DNA from: Raillietiella orientalis
Lineage: Eukaryota
Assembly: GCA_036172245.1 (NCBI GenBank)
Contig: JAYWIR010000002.1
Coordinates: forward strand, 62,001 to 126,000
Length of the DNA: 64,000 nt
Reading direction: 5' to 3'
The position numbers and the translations under genes are program-made. Within the stretch, counting starts at the first letter, position 1. Every line of letters begins with the position of its first letter. Under the pieces are notes generated by a model. It had not been told where the DNA came from, searched no databases, and worked only from the letters and a program-made list of their open reading frames with translations. Of this stretch, positions 51,101 to 63,711 are shown piece after piece.

Positions 51101-51586
51101 CTGTGATCGAAGTCCCTCGAAGAATCACCAGGAAGGCTTCGCACACGATCCGCCAACGGCCGCGGTGCACGGACTGGGGTTGTTCATCTCCGAGCAGCGC
51201 CCGAAGGCTGCCAACACAGCATCGTTGCTAAGCGGGTGGGAGAAAATGCTAGATGCGCAGTGAAGAGGTACTCTGTTTTCAAAGATCCGGTTACCTTCAG
51301 TCGTCTGGGAGAAAATCCCTGCCTCCCTACCATCCACAGACCCCTTACACCCCTCCTTACATCGTTTGAATCCTTGAAGCTGGGACTCCGGCCGAAGGAC
51401 TCGCCAGCGGCCGGTCCGCACGCGAATCTCTTCTGACCGCCGTCCATCAGCGAGGTTCCCACGTTCTTCTCGACTGCCACTTGCAAAGTGCCGCGAGTCC
51501 GGTTGCTGACCACCGACCCTGGAGATATCAGAGACCTCAAACAGCTGCCGACCGGTAAAATAATAAATAATTATTTAATAAAAATA

Positions 51587-52290
51587 TTCACAACCTCTGT
51601 GGTTGAACCGGTAGTCCAACAACGTGCAATTTAACGGGAGCCTACCGGATTACAGGGTTACCACAGACCGGTGAGGTCCGCCACGGCAGCAGAGGGGAGG
51701 GAGCAAACAAAAAGAAAGAAAAAATCAGACAAAAATAAAAATAAATAAGTAAACATTTTTTTTCTTGGGGTGGGGTGGGGTGCGGGAAGAGATCACGTCC
51801 TGCTGGGGGCGGTCCTCTGCATCCTTTCGAGGATGCCGGCAAGCTCTTGCTGCATGTTGTTTTTTCTAGGTGGAGACATCTTGTTGCCATCCATCCTCAG
51901 GAAAGGGACGGCAGAGTGAACGTGGCACCCCTGTCGCTCCGTCCTCCTCTTACGTTGCTCCAGGCCGCCACAATCTCGCGTGGGCAGCAGAGAGCTGCTA
52001 GCGAGGCTGCCGGCCGAAGGACGTCGGTTGGGAAGAGTGGTTTTACTGCGTCTCTGGAGTTGCTTCCGGAGGTTTCTAGGGCCCCGGCAAAGCATTCGCA
52101 GGGAGATCGGAGGGCAACACAATGCACAAGCAGGTGGGGGAGGGATTCGCGCCCCCCCGCACCTGGAGCAATTTGGACTTACCCCCCACCTCCACCCCTA
52201 CCTCTCCTGGGTCTGGTGATGTCTGTGGGCGTCGCACGGGAGGTCCCCGTGCAGCAGCATCAACCCCGACTCCTGCCACTTCAATGGGAG
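51587..52290 (-). mobile_element. 5'-truncated copy of the family tail; left arm of a ~650 bp inverted duplication
   Basis: PLKWQESGLMLLHGDLP..CSRC..SLPHLLVHC..REIVAAW; 51587-52233 is nearly identical to the reverse complement of 56426-57073. Confidence 0.85.
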
Positions 52291-52311
52291 GGCGTGGGTG
52301 CATAGATGGAT

Positions 52312-53570
52312 GGATGGATATTCCTTCTCCGTGCGGATTTTACCCCAAGCAACGTCTACTGTAGCTTTCTTGAACCTTCCTGCTCCTTTGTGTCGAGGCG
52401 AGAAAGGGACCACAGAGTCGAGGACTTTCAATTCTCCCAAACTAATGCGTAGAGCGTCAGCGCAGAGGCAGGATTTGCTGGTTCCCTCAATTTTCTCCAA
52501 GTCCCCGCTGCCCTCGGTCCCTCTGCCACCCTTCTGGCCACCCTCCACCAGCAACAATGCCCGAGCTTTCTGCCTCGGTGCCCGCGCGACCTGCGAACGT
52601 TTCGGCATGGACTTTCAGAAGCGTCTGGCGACAGCGGCCGACCTCCCCCTCAGAGGGGTGTTTTTGGAAGATCCCAGTCCTTTTGAGAGAGGGAGTGCAG
52701 TGAAGCCCAATCGAAGGACTCCTCGGGTCGGATCACTTCCCGCATCCCTTCGCCAACACGTGAGAGAGCAGCGAGAGAGGCCGGGACTGCTGCTGCTTCC
52801 CCCCCAGTCGAGGAATCGCGTGGCTCCCGATCCAGACATGCCAGACAAAGAGTTTCCCCCTTCCGATTTTCCACGCGACGGCCGTTTCCTCGCTCAGAAC
52901 AAAAGTTTCGTTCAGGCTGGCCAGTGCCAGGGAAGCGACACCATTCCGGGGCGCCTCTCCTTCTCCCTCCTGGTTCTGAAGATGGGGTTGGCGCTCGAGC
53001 ATCAAGCCTGCGCCAACCGCCGAGGCAGAGCCGCTCCTGCCTTCCGGAGCTCCGCCACCGGAGGACAACAGTTTCTGGAGAGTGGGAGGAATCGTGACGG
53101 CTCGCGCTCGGAAGGGCTTGGGTGGAGCTAGGTGGTGGTGTCAAACACCCCGGAGAGATCCTGGAGGTCTGATGCGGACAGTCCTTGAGCATCTCTTAGC
53201 CGATCCCTAGTCCCCGCTGCCTCTTGTACTGCAACGCGGTAGAGCTTTCCGGTCGGCAAAGGAACGTCTCTCCCTGACCTTTCCGTCGTTGTCGCGATAA
53301 AACGAGACGCTTCCTCTCGTCGTCCATCCCCTTTCCCCCTCCCCCTTATTCCGGACAGGAACGCCCGTAGCTCTTGTCCACAGCATCCGCCCCTGTCCGA
53401 CATCGAAGCTCCCGCCCACGCCTCGAGTTGCGTCCTTGACAGGATGAGCTCCGAGGTGCGGCTGTTCTCGCAGCGAAAGTTTTCCGGCCAGCTGGATGGT
53501 GATGAATGGAGGACATCCTTGTCTCTTTACTGCCCCTCCGTGGACAACCGTGATGTCAGCCATCTACAGC
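52312..53570 (-). mobile_element. L1/Tx1-like RT fragment (host of the insertion), first part
   Basis: VKRQGCPP (VRQGCP), RFLDWGG, LPLSKGLG (LP..GGLG). Confidence 0.6.
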
Positions 53571-55141
53571 TCCCGAAGATGTGCATGCATCCGAACAGCT
53601 GATTAGATGCTATCGGGAGCGCGAGGGCAGAACGAACGGAATTCGCCGGCTTGCCGCGACGGCGCCTCTCAAGCTCACTTCTCCCCCTTTCCCTTCTCTT
53701 CCGACAAATTCCGCTCAGTGGAGGGAAAGGGGGTTGTTGAGCTCCGTAGCCGGCATCGCGCAGTTGCGACCCACGAAAACGCTGCGCTTCCTCTCCCCCT
53801 TCTGCGGCCCGGACTCCTCACGAAATTCTCCCGCCGTTTCTTCGGGTCTCTGCAAGGAAGACGGCTCTCAGCGGGATACCGTCGCCGCACCGGATCAAGG
53901 TGGCGCGCGAGCGCGTCCCACTCGATTCGTGGAGGTAGACAGGAGCCGGCCAGGCACTCGCAAAAAAAAGCGTCTCGGTCATTACGTGGGGACATCGTCG
54001 CCTGTCTGGGCCGTAGCAGAACGCGTGCCGGGGAAGTCGACCGCTTTGCAAGGCGACTACACGTCGCCCGGCGCTGCTCGCAGGGCCACTCGTGCGGTCA
54101 CCGTGCGCCTAGGGTTCTTGCGCCAAAGGCGGGCAGCCGACGGCGCGACGCTCGCTCAGCCCTTGGCGTAAGGATGGCCGCGAATGGCGGCGGAGCGGAC
54201 GCACATCGTTGGTTTGAGGTCGCGGTTTCGCGCCGATTTCTCGTCTCGGTTCATCGCCGCAACGCGTCAGCAGTGTGCCCCATCATGACATGGCATTGCA
54301 AGGTTTTTTACATTACGGGGTTGATTTTTTTTCTTCTTCGAGCGTGTGTGCGTGTGTTTTCCAACCAGAAATCACTTTTTGTGCAAGCATTCTTGCTCCA
54401 GATACAGAGGTACAGAGGCGTCCGTCCTCGATACCTTCAGAATCGCTCATCAGATTCTTTGCCGAATCAGAGACAATCCTTCTCGGAGCTTCCTCAGGAG
54501 AAAAAAACTGGCACACTGGATCTGATGGCACGAGTGCACACGATCTCGTAGAAAAACCCGGAGGTGTGGAGTGAGCACGATACAAGCAGCGCATACAAGA
54601 ACGTAGGAGGGGTGGGTGGACGACGTTCTTGGCTACCAGAAGGGCGTTTTATTTTAGAGTCGAAAAGAATGATTCGAAGGTCCTCCCTCAAATGTAGCTC
54701 TAAAGGAAAATTCTGCACTTCCGCCCGAAAGGATGCCTTCCAACTGCTTCCATTTTATGGCCTTCAAACAAGGCCGGTAGAAGAAAAAAAAAAAGAAGAA
54801 TCAATGAGACTGCTCGATTTGAGTTCATCTTCTCTCGATGGGTTGTTATTCCATCTCCCCTTCAGCTTCGAAAAGAGGAGAGGAGGAGATAAGGTCTTCG
54901 ACAGACTTTGCCTCGTACGATGCTGCGTTTCTCGTGAATGCGTAGACGCTGGGTCCGCTCCTTCGGCGCAGCTATCTCCGTGGCAGCGGTTCATCTGATC
55001 AGCACTATGGAAGCACAAAAAGCAAAAAAGAAAGAAAACGAGGGCCTACGGTATCCATCACAGCCTGGAGGACGGAGCGAGTAGCTCGTGCGAGCGCATC
55101 CGAATCCGAAACACAGAGGCGAACGGCATCCCGCAAAACTT

Positions 55142-56420
55142 TTGGCCGCCTCGAGGTGACGTCACTCACCTTCAAACTCGAAGAGAGCGGGGACATCACC
55201 CAAACACTCTCTCTGCGTCAGATTTCCTCCGCGACGAAAACGCAGCTTGACCCTTCCGTGCCAAGAACGAGCAAAGCGGCGCACGCGAAACGCATGAGGA
55301 ATCACCGACCCGATGGCGGGCGCACGCATGCGCAGTTCGCGGTACGCGCATTCGATTCGCAGAATCTCTCGGTCCTCTCCCATACGAGAGCGTAGCCGTG
55401 AATCCGGACTTGAGAAAAAAAAAAAAAACTGAAGCTGAATCCACGCGTGGCTGCGAGCAGGATACCACTCATCATGCGCGTGGACGCGTGTCGCGAGCGC
55501 CGCCACTCCCCTCCACTCCGCAGTGGGGCTGACGCACGCTACACTGCGCCGCACACTCTACGCAGCACGTCTGCGCGCAGCCTCGCAGACGGCTGTAACG
55601 TCACCGTTAGCGCGCACGCGCACAGCACGCTCTCTGCCTTGCCGTCTCCTCCCTCCCGTTCCCGGCCGAAATGCCCGCGGACTGCGCCTCCCTGGAGTTG
55701 GCGGACCCGGGCGACTCGCGGAAAATTTTGCGAGCTTTGCCCGAAACGGGGGCGGATCGGTTCTTCTTCCCTTCCCCCTTGGCAAAAACACGTGACCAGA
55801 GCAGCTCTCCTATGCCCTCTCCCCGATCGACGGGGCAGCCGAACCGTGGGGCAGAGATGCCTGGGAGGACGTGACGCGCGCCTGTGAGCGACCCGCTCTA
55901 CCGGGAGGCCCACGAGCATCTTTGGTCCGCTGCGCCGTCTTCCGTAAGGAAACCCTAGGGCTGCCGCCCGGGTGGGAACGACACGCCGGTTTTTGGCTCC
56001 TGTGGAGGGGGAGGCTCGCAGCCGGAAGGAGGCGGGAGAAGATGGACTTTTCATGCCCCTCACGGCTCTCAGAGTTCTGTCCTAGGAGACGATCCCAGTT
56101 GCCCTTGAGGCAAGCGTCCCAGCTCTGCCCAGCACGTGCACAGCCGCGAGAGCCAGCAGCTCTTCTGCCCCCATCCGCCGAAGGGTGCGGCGAAACCCGA
56201 TGCGGGCGTGAGGGCATGCGCAGTTCGCTGTACGCGCATTCGATTCACAGGATCTTTCGATCCTCTCCCCACGAGAGCGTAGACGTGAATCCGGACTCGA
56301 GAAGAAAAAAAAACTGAAGCTGAATCCACTCTTGGCCGCCTCCAGGTGACGTCACTCACCTTCAGATTCGGGGAGCGAGGACAGCGCTGCGTTAGATTTC
56401 CTCCGCGACGACAACGCAGC
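55142..56420 (+). repeat. permuted duplication: X(55142-55246) Y(55308-55444) recurs as Y(56197-56329) X(56332-56420)
   Basis: X starts TTGGCCGCCTC..GGTGACGTCACTCACCTTCA; Y contains GCATGCGCAGTTCGC..GTGAATCCGGACT..AAACTGAAGCTGAATCCAC. Confidence 0.85.
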
Positions 56421-56425
56421 GCTGT

Positions 56426-57124
56426 GACGCCCACAGACATCACCAGACCCAGGAGAGGTGGGGGTGGGGGTGGGGGGTAAGTCCAAATTGCTCCAGGTGC
56501 AGGGGGGCGCGAATCCCTCCCCCACCTGCTTGTGCATTGTGTTGCCCTCCGATCTCCCTGCGAATGCTTTGCCGGGGCCCCAGAAACCTCCGGAAGCAAC
56601 TCCAGAGACGCAGTAAAACCACTCTTCCCAACCGACGTCCTTCGGCCGGCAGCCTTGCTAGCAGCTCTCTGCTGCCCACGCGAGATTGTGGCGGCCTGGA
56701 GCAACGTAAGAGGAGGACGGAGCGACAGGGGTGCCACGTTCACTCTGCCGTCCCTTTCCTGAGGATGGATGGCAACAAGATGTCTCCACCTAGAAAAAAC
56801 AACATGAAGCAAGAGCTTGCCGGCATCCTCGGAAGGATGCAGAGGACCGCCCCCAGCAGGACGTGATCTCTTCCCGCACCCCACCCCACCCCAAGAAAAA
56901 AAATGTTTACTTATTTATTTTTATTTTTGTCTGATTTTTTCTTTCTTTTTGTTTGCTCCCTCCCCTCTGCTGCCGTGGCGGACCTCACCGGTCTGTGGTA
57001 ACCCTGTAATCCGGTAGGCTCCCGTTAAATTGCACGTTGTTGGACCACCGGTCCAACCACAGAGGTTGTGAATGTGTATTTCATTTTCATTAGATAAACG
57101 CCCCGGCGGACCCGGGTGACAATC
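56426..57124 (+). mobile_element. 5'-truncated copy of the family tail with intact 3' end; right arm of the inverted duplication
   Basis: Reverse complement of 51587-52233, plus terminal GATAAACGCCCCGGCGGACCCGGGTGACAATC. Confidence 0.85.
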
Positions 57125-57146
57125 TATCCATCTATGCGTCCACGCC

Positions 57147-57400
57147 TGTCTGCCTAACTCAGCAAAGAGGCGTCTCAATGCACAAGCAAGTGGAATTAGA
57201 AGTTGGCGGCCCTACACGGACGAAGGCAAGTCCCGCCTGTCAACCAGGGGGCATTCCATGTGGAGTCATCTTTGGGAATGATCACATCCTGGAAAAGGGG
57301 AGACCCTATCAGGATACCGGGTTCACACAGCCCGTTAGAAGGCACACCTGCAGCATCCGAGGAGTCTTATTAAAGAATTCCATTTATGCGCGTGTTTTAC
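57147..57400 (+). mobile_element. L1/Tx1-like ORF2, second part (probable continuation of 52312-53570)
   Basis: VIFGNDHILEKGRP (PLF.N..I..G.P) is the region expected after GGLG; preceded by a TSD-like 21-mer shared with 52291-52311. Confidence 0.45.
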
Positions 57401-57429
57401 AAATGACGCGCCGGAGGGTGCAGTCAATG

Positions 57430-60400
57430 ACAGGATAGTTCTCCATCTTCTCTGGCTGGCTAGCTCCTCCGTCTTGTTCTCCATTCGGAGCCGTGTTCTC
57501 GCTAGGATTCCGTCGTCTCGTCTGGTGGTCCAACCTTTGCTTCCCTCTGGAGTAGCGCGTGCTGGAGCTCACCTGACGTGCCCGGCTCGTTGCCTAGAGA
57601 TTCTTTGGTTCTCCTAAGACTTCGCCGTTCGCCAGATCTCGTGGTCCTGGGTGTCGTGTGGAAACCTCTCTGACGAATGCTCCGTGAACTGGAAGGCTGG
57701 GGAGGCGGAGGGCAATCCTCCTCACTTGTCCTCCTCCGTCTGCCTCGCCTCCCCCAGTGCTTCAGCAGGGGATTCATGATGGGCGGGCGGCGTCCACTGT
57801 TGTTGCTTTTCCGTCGTCCTGGAGCACCGAATCCGATCGTGTGGCCGCAATCTGTTCTGGGGATGGGTTGATCGGAGGCCATCAACTCCCAGTTGTTTTT
57901 TTTGCGTAGTCCGGACCACGCGGTACCTCTCGGTGGCCTTGCCTTCTCTCCCGAGTCAGCATCGTTTCGCACACATGACAGCGGCGCCATCTCAGGGCCT
58001 TGCCTGCGCAGGCATCCTACTGGGTCCTGACCCACGAACGAATCCTCAGTCGGAGTCTGAGGCTCCCGCTGGTTGCACAGGAAAATGCGCCGCACGATAG
58101 GCCCAAAAAGGGCCTGGCGTTCTCTTGGTCTGGATGTCCTTTCTATAGTGGGGAAGACTCATTTCCCGGTGCTGGGGTCGTGCGCAGAGTAGGAACCTCC
58201 CCCAGCCGTGGTTCCGAGTTCCACTTTCCTCGAATTTTGTCAGAGTAAGGAGCAGGCCCTTACTCTGGCAGGTCTTTGCCTGTCCGCAGCTCAAACTCTC
58301 CGCACGTCGCTGCTGGAACTCTTTGGATCCTCATCATCGGTTGCGCATAGAGCCTCTTTTCTACAAGCGCCTGCATCGTTTCACGGGATAACTCCCGCAT
58401 GGCAGGATCTGGTGAGGTTTAAAACAAAAAAAAACGGCTGTTCACGGACTCAACACTCGGCCCGCTCAGGTAGACTGGGAAGGCCGAGACGTTCTTTTCC
58501 TTGATCAGCATGTGTGAGTGCTCCGCTCGGTAGATCCAGAAGCTTCTCTAAGATCGGCACCATACTGTTCGAAAGCGTGCCAACACCCGCTTTTCTGAAG
58601 AGTTCCCAGCCCTTGGTTGTGTGCCACACTGGAAGAGAAAGAGGCTGGAGCACTTCGGTCTTTTTTGCCATGAGGGTGATGCGATGCGCTCCACTGGGGT
58701 CGCCCCTCTGGCCAAAATGAGATGTCTGGTGGGCTCCGACGGGAACGCGGCCAGGTCATAGCGATTAGCCTCAGATGTTTGTGTGCTTGACCGTACTCGG
58801 GAGTTGGGATGTCCCTCTCCCCAGTCGCACGGGGAAGGTGGTTTTCCTAACCCAGACCAAGTGAAACGCCCTGGTGTCGTGGCCGTACTCGGGGATCGGA
58901 GTTAGGATGTCCCCCTCCCCAGTCCGGAGAAAGTGGGTTTCCTGACCCTCTGGTGTCGTGACCTTGAAGGATAACTATGCAGGCTTGCTGGGATGAACAG
59001 CGAGCTGCGCTTTTGCACGTAGTTCTTGTAGCACATGGAACCAATCCCTGGCTCACTGCTTGTACTCCCCGGCACGTGATTTCTGAAACGCAAGCATGGT
59101 TAAGAAGCTGGAACATCTATTGAGAGTACCGGTCGGGATGCCCCCGAGCGACTGACCGCAGACCTACGTGGCGGAGTCTCGAGAAGATGACCCATGCGAC
59201 ACCGAAAGTGAAGCGAGAGGTCGTCCTCCCGATGCACCGGAAGAAGACTTCCTCCCTTCCCCTTTCCAAACGGAAGACTCGAATCTCCTTCCAACGGATT
59301 CATCTCCTCAACAAGGATGGGAACCGGGAACCAAGCTGCACTTGAGGTTTCCGCAGAAGTCCCTGTTTTCTCCAAAGCGAGGTGGGACAAACGCGATGGC
59401 ACGGACACCGCTGAGCTCTCGCGACGAACTGGGGATGAGTGCCGGATTTGGTGTTTTCCGGTTGCACCCTGGGGAAATATGGTTGGTGCTCGCTTCAGGG
59501 ACCCAATAGAGGTGGAAGGAGAAAAGGCGGGCGACAACGGAACGCAGGTCACACGAGCGGATCGGTGGCGACCGGTATCTGACGAGAACTGGTGTTTCCC
59601 TCCGGATCGCCACTTCGCCTCGTGAGGATGTGTCCCTCCACTCACGAGCAACCCTTCTTTCTTCTTCTTCCTCAGCCTATTGCAACAGCATCCAGCCAGA
59701 AAGACTCCGAGAAATCCAGAAGACAAGTTGGCCGTAGCATGAAGATCGACATCCCGAAGAAACAGAAAGGGGAAACACTGAGCTTTTCCCCCTATCAGCT
59801 ACCTAGCGAGAACCCTCCCAAAAATATCCGAGCGGATTCATACGAGATGAATCCCTTCGGTCTTTTGTTCTTGCTTTTGCTTTTGCGAAGAATAAGTCTG
59901 TAAACACCTGGCGGCTCGAAGCAGTAAAGTCGGAAGAATGGCTTTCACGTTTAGCAGCCCTGAGTGTCCTGGAAGCCGAGATGGCAGAGACCGCTAGTAG
60001 TAAGAGTGGTGGAAACAAAGGTCAAAGTAGAAGCAAGTGAGGAATTTTTGACAGGACAAACGTTGGCTGGCTGGAGCCTCTGTTGTTTAGCGGTGGAATT
60101 AGATGGTGAATGGTTCCTCTGGAGAGGACGATAAAGTAAAGCGAGAGCGTGGTGACTGGAAGTGAGTAAAGACACGAAGGTTTAGGTGAACCCTTCGGGG
60201 GAGATCGTCGGCTAGGGCGAGCTGGTTTGATGACACGCTGAACACTCAAGATACAGGGTGCTATTAAGCAAACAGATGGCTGACAGGCACAGTTATGACG
60301 TAGTCGTAGAGAGGAATGAGGTAATTCCTTTATGAGGAAGCAGTAGACTTGGAATATGGTAGCAAATGTTACTAAATATTGTGAGCGGCTCTCGAGCCCT
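57430..60400 (-). mobile_element. NeSL/Utopia-like RLE non-LTR retrotransposon, long decayed copy
   Basis: ECSACH finger; VRAIAF, MNPLEG, DDLSLHF..GH; LLDLPSGA..LGLPSL; CLRRQG..DQPIP; LGEPK..SSTRYSR matches LGIPK..SCIRYSS of the 12 kb copy. Confidence 0.6.
58789..58963. repeat. two-unit ~90 bp imperfect tandem repeat
   Basis: CCGTACTCGG..GAGTT(G/A)GGATGTCCC(T/C)CTCCCCAGTC..TTTCCT(A/G)ACCC..CTGGTGTCGTG occurs twice. Confidence 0.85.
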
Positions 60401-60554
60401 ACATTTAGTCTGCATCGCATCACACAAGGATGAGGGAGCAAGAAAATATAATCGAAAGATGAAAGGAAGCTGCGTAATCATTCTAGTGATCTTTCTTTTC
60501 TTTCTTTCCTTTTTTTGTGGATATCTCACGGGGAAAGGGTCACTATTGGCCTAG

Positions 60555-62160
60555 GATGATTATCACCTGGTTATGCAGGGGCGTTTATTACGTAGAGTAA
60601 TAAAATTACACGGGTGTGGTAGAACCGTTGGTTCTACCACGTGCAAAGAAACTGCCAAAGAGCGATGCGCAGACCGACGAGGCCCGCTTCGGCAGCGGGG
60701 GAAAGGGGGGGGAGGAACAAAGCGTAAAAATAAACAAACAGAACAGGGAAGGGAACGTTTTACACAGGACCGAGGAAGTGATCACAGTACGCTGCCCGAC
60801 GTCCTCTGCACCCTGTTGAGGGCAAGTTCCGTTCGTACTTCGTGCAGGTGGGGCCATCTCGAGACGGTCCTCAGGAAAATCCGCGTCCAGTGCATGGTCT
60901 CTTCTTCTGACGTTCAAGATCGCCGTGGTTCGCAAAGACAGCAGAGAACTGCGAGGTCAGCGGCAGTGCGGTACCCCTCACGAAGAGGCGTCTAAAAATG
61001 CCCCTGGGACCACCCTCCGGGATTCCTAGGATCATCGCGAGGCAATCCCAAAGGGGCAAACAGCAGGTGCGGGAGGTTCCCGTTCTTCTCGCACCTGACA
61101 CACGGACTGTCCACGCTCCCCATCGTGTCCAGCGGTGAAGGAGCGCTTTCTTTCAACGGGATTCCCCTCATGCACCACCAGCAATGCCCACTCCTGCCAC
61201 TCGAGGGGGGTTGGTGGTGTTCCACGGCTACAGCACGCTGTGGGCCACTTCATCTTCTCCGGAGGGATACCCAGCAGCTCTCTCCAGCGTGCAATTCCGC
61301 GGGGTGGGACACTCGGGGTCGCAGCGTCCGTCATTCTCTGAGTTGTCCTCGCCCCCAGAATTTTCTCCTTTGCTTCTGTGCAAAGGAGAAACTTCTGGGG
61401 GCGAAGACTTTTCCTACCCTGCCGGAATTACGCTGTCCCTTGCGTCCCTTAGGGAAGGACTGCACTGGGGCAGGGCGGGTATGGCAGCAAGGAACCTCGA
61501 TGGTGGAAATCCTCTTCAATCCTTCTGTCTTCGCTGCTTTTCTTCCTGCTTTTTTTTTCTTCTTGGTTGGCCAAGTGCGGCAGAACCGTTCGTCTTCGTC
61601 GAGGAAGAAGTCTCTTCTTTCATGCGGTCCACGCCGCCCGGGGGGACTTGCAACTCTTCAAGTTATAGGGTGCGACCGAGTAGGGACCATCCTGTGATTC
61701 CAGGAAGGCTCCAGAGGAAGGAGTCCATTGCCCTTGCACTTGGCAGGGAACTCCGAAGGGACCCGCCCCAATTTCTCTGTAGGGAGCAGCACGCTTCCAG
61801 CACTCAGGAGAGAAAACCCCCCGAAGGGGGTATCGACCAGCTCCATGGTACGCGAGGGAGGAATTCCCTCGAGAGGGAGGTGGGGACGGTTCCATTTTCA
61901 GAGCCAGAGGAGAACCTGGAAGGAAACCGCCTCCTTGATTCCTGGAGGGACCCCGAAGGGTCAACTTGCAATCCCGGCCAGGGGGTATCCGTAGGTTTCC
62001 CTCTTCCACCAGTGCCGCACTCGAAGCCTGCAGCCAACCAGCGTCATCTTGCGAGGGGGGGGGGGAATCGAATTCCAGGATTCACCCATTTTCCGGCGTC
62101 AGTTCTTCCCTGGGTGAGATTCGAACCCAGAACTCTTGGCACCATGCGGCCGCCGACGCG
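60555..62160 (-). mobile_element. tRNA-headed retroposon (long SINE-like family), full-length copy
   Basis: Body nearly identical to the reverse complement of 5385-6865; head CCGCGTCGGCGGCC..GGGTTCGAATCTC. Confidence 0.9.
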
Positions 62161-63099
62161 GTCCTGTGATTTTCTGAGGCTGATGAACGATGGTTTTCCA
62201 GGAGCTACTGAAAAGGAAGGAAAGGGTTGTGAAACTTGTGGTTTGGAGGCATTCTTCTTCCTCTGGTTCGCTCTGCGAAGAGCACATTCCGGACGTCGGA
62301 TCCCCGCATGGCGTGATGTCCCTCCGCGTGAGCGCGCGAGCAGCTTCCGTAGCAACGGTTTCTTCGATTCACGAACCGTACCTTTACCTCCCTACGCGAA
62401 GGGATCCCCTCGGCCGTCGTCTCCAGTGCCAGGAGCAGTGGCTCTTCGTTGTGGCAGGATTTGGGCTGAGAGCACGGGTTGCAAGTTGCGGTCGAGATGC
62501 CAACTCCCAGCCCGATCAGGAGGTACTCCTTCGGCTGGGTGAGCGGTTTGGGACACGTAAAGCTGTACTTCGGGACGACCAAATCGGTTTGGACTCCACG
62601 CAGATAAAGTATTTTATGACACGTAAATGTACACTTCAAGACAATTAAGTTGTTCTTTACGACAGTCTCTTGGCAGAGTAAGATTTTCCTGGATTGCTTT
62701 CACGGGGAGACAGGGACGTTAGGCACGAGAATGCACTCTGTCTTCTTTGCGGGATCGAAAGTTGGTGTTATTTGAACACCGGCGAGTGCAGCTCCGAACG
62801 AAGCTCGTTCGTTCCCGAAAATCAATAAGACGTTAGCCGTGTGCCTCCGGCTTTGTTTACGCGTTCATAGTTTTGGCCCTCTCAGCTACTCCCCGCGCCC
62901 GCACACATAAAAAGTCGTAACTGGAAACCGAGGAATTGAAGATCATCATCCCCGCCCGTTCGAGATGCGGATGGTGGTTCTCACCCGGTTGCGCAGAGGC
63001 GTTTATTTTCTTCAAAATGGACTCACAAGAGCGATGGCAGATGCTTGGTCATGTTGCGTTCATTGCCAGCAGAGCCTGCTCGAGAAGCCGGCACGCAAG

Positions 63100-63400
63100 C
63101 CAGCGAGGTTTACTTCGGCAGCAGAAGGGGGAGGGGGACAAACAAAAAGAAAAATAAAATAAAAGTGAGTATATAAAAAAAACCTCTGGAGGGATCGGGA
63201 GGGGATCACAGAATGCTAAAGGGTGTCCTCCTTTCCAGGATGCTGTCAAGTTCCCGCTGGATTGCTCCCAGGTGGGACCTTCTTGATGCGATCCTGCTAA
63301 AGCGGGCTGCCACCTCGACGGCGTCCCTGTCGTCCTGGCCTCCTCTTCTGGCTCTCCATGCCGCCACGATGTCCCGCGTGCTGCTAGGGACGGGTGGCGT
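63100..63400 (-). mobile_element. short tail fragment of the same family
   Basis: RDIVAAWRARRGGQDDR..RELDSILER matches REIVAAWSNVRGGRSDR..QELAGILG; T-rich 3' UTR with CCCCTTCTGCTGCCG. Confidence 0.7.
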
Positions 63401-63711
63401 TAGGGCATCACCAACGAAGAGGAGCTTGTCAACGAGATCCGAATGGTGGTGGGTTTTTTTCTAATCCCCCGTTCCCGAGTAGCGTGATGTTCATCAGGTT
63501 ACTCGGGAGTTCGTTCACTGATGTGCATCAGGCAGGTCCCGTGGCTGCTTCCTCTTCCACGCGGAGCTTTCAGGAGCTGCTCAGTGCCAGCAAGGAAACA
63601 ACCTGCTTCCTCTCGTGTTTACGTCGTTTGCTGCTTTTTTCTTTTTTTACATGTATGCTGAGGTGCACGAAACGAAAAGTATTTCTATTTCAAAAAGTAT
63701 CTGGTGCGTAG

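Noticed and set aside
51587-57073. DNA transposon with 650 bp TIRs
   Set aside because: The arms are LINE-tail sequence and the split TSD is better explained by inverted duplication.
5294-62160. Giant element (Polinton or virus) bounded by 1.5 kb terminal inverted repeats
   Set aside because: Both arms are members of a dispersed retroposon family, and one sits inside a LINE RT; no pPolB or integrase-capsid module was seen.
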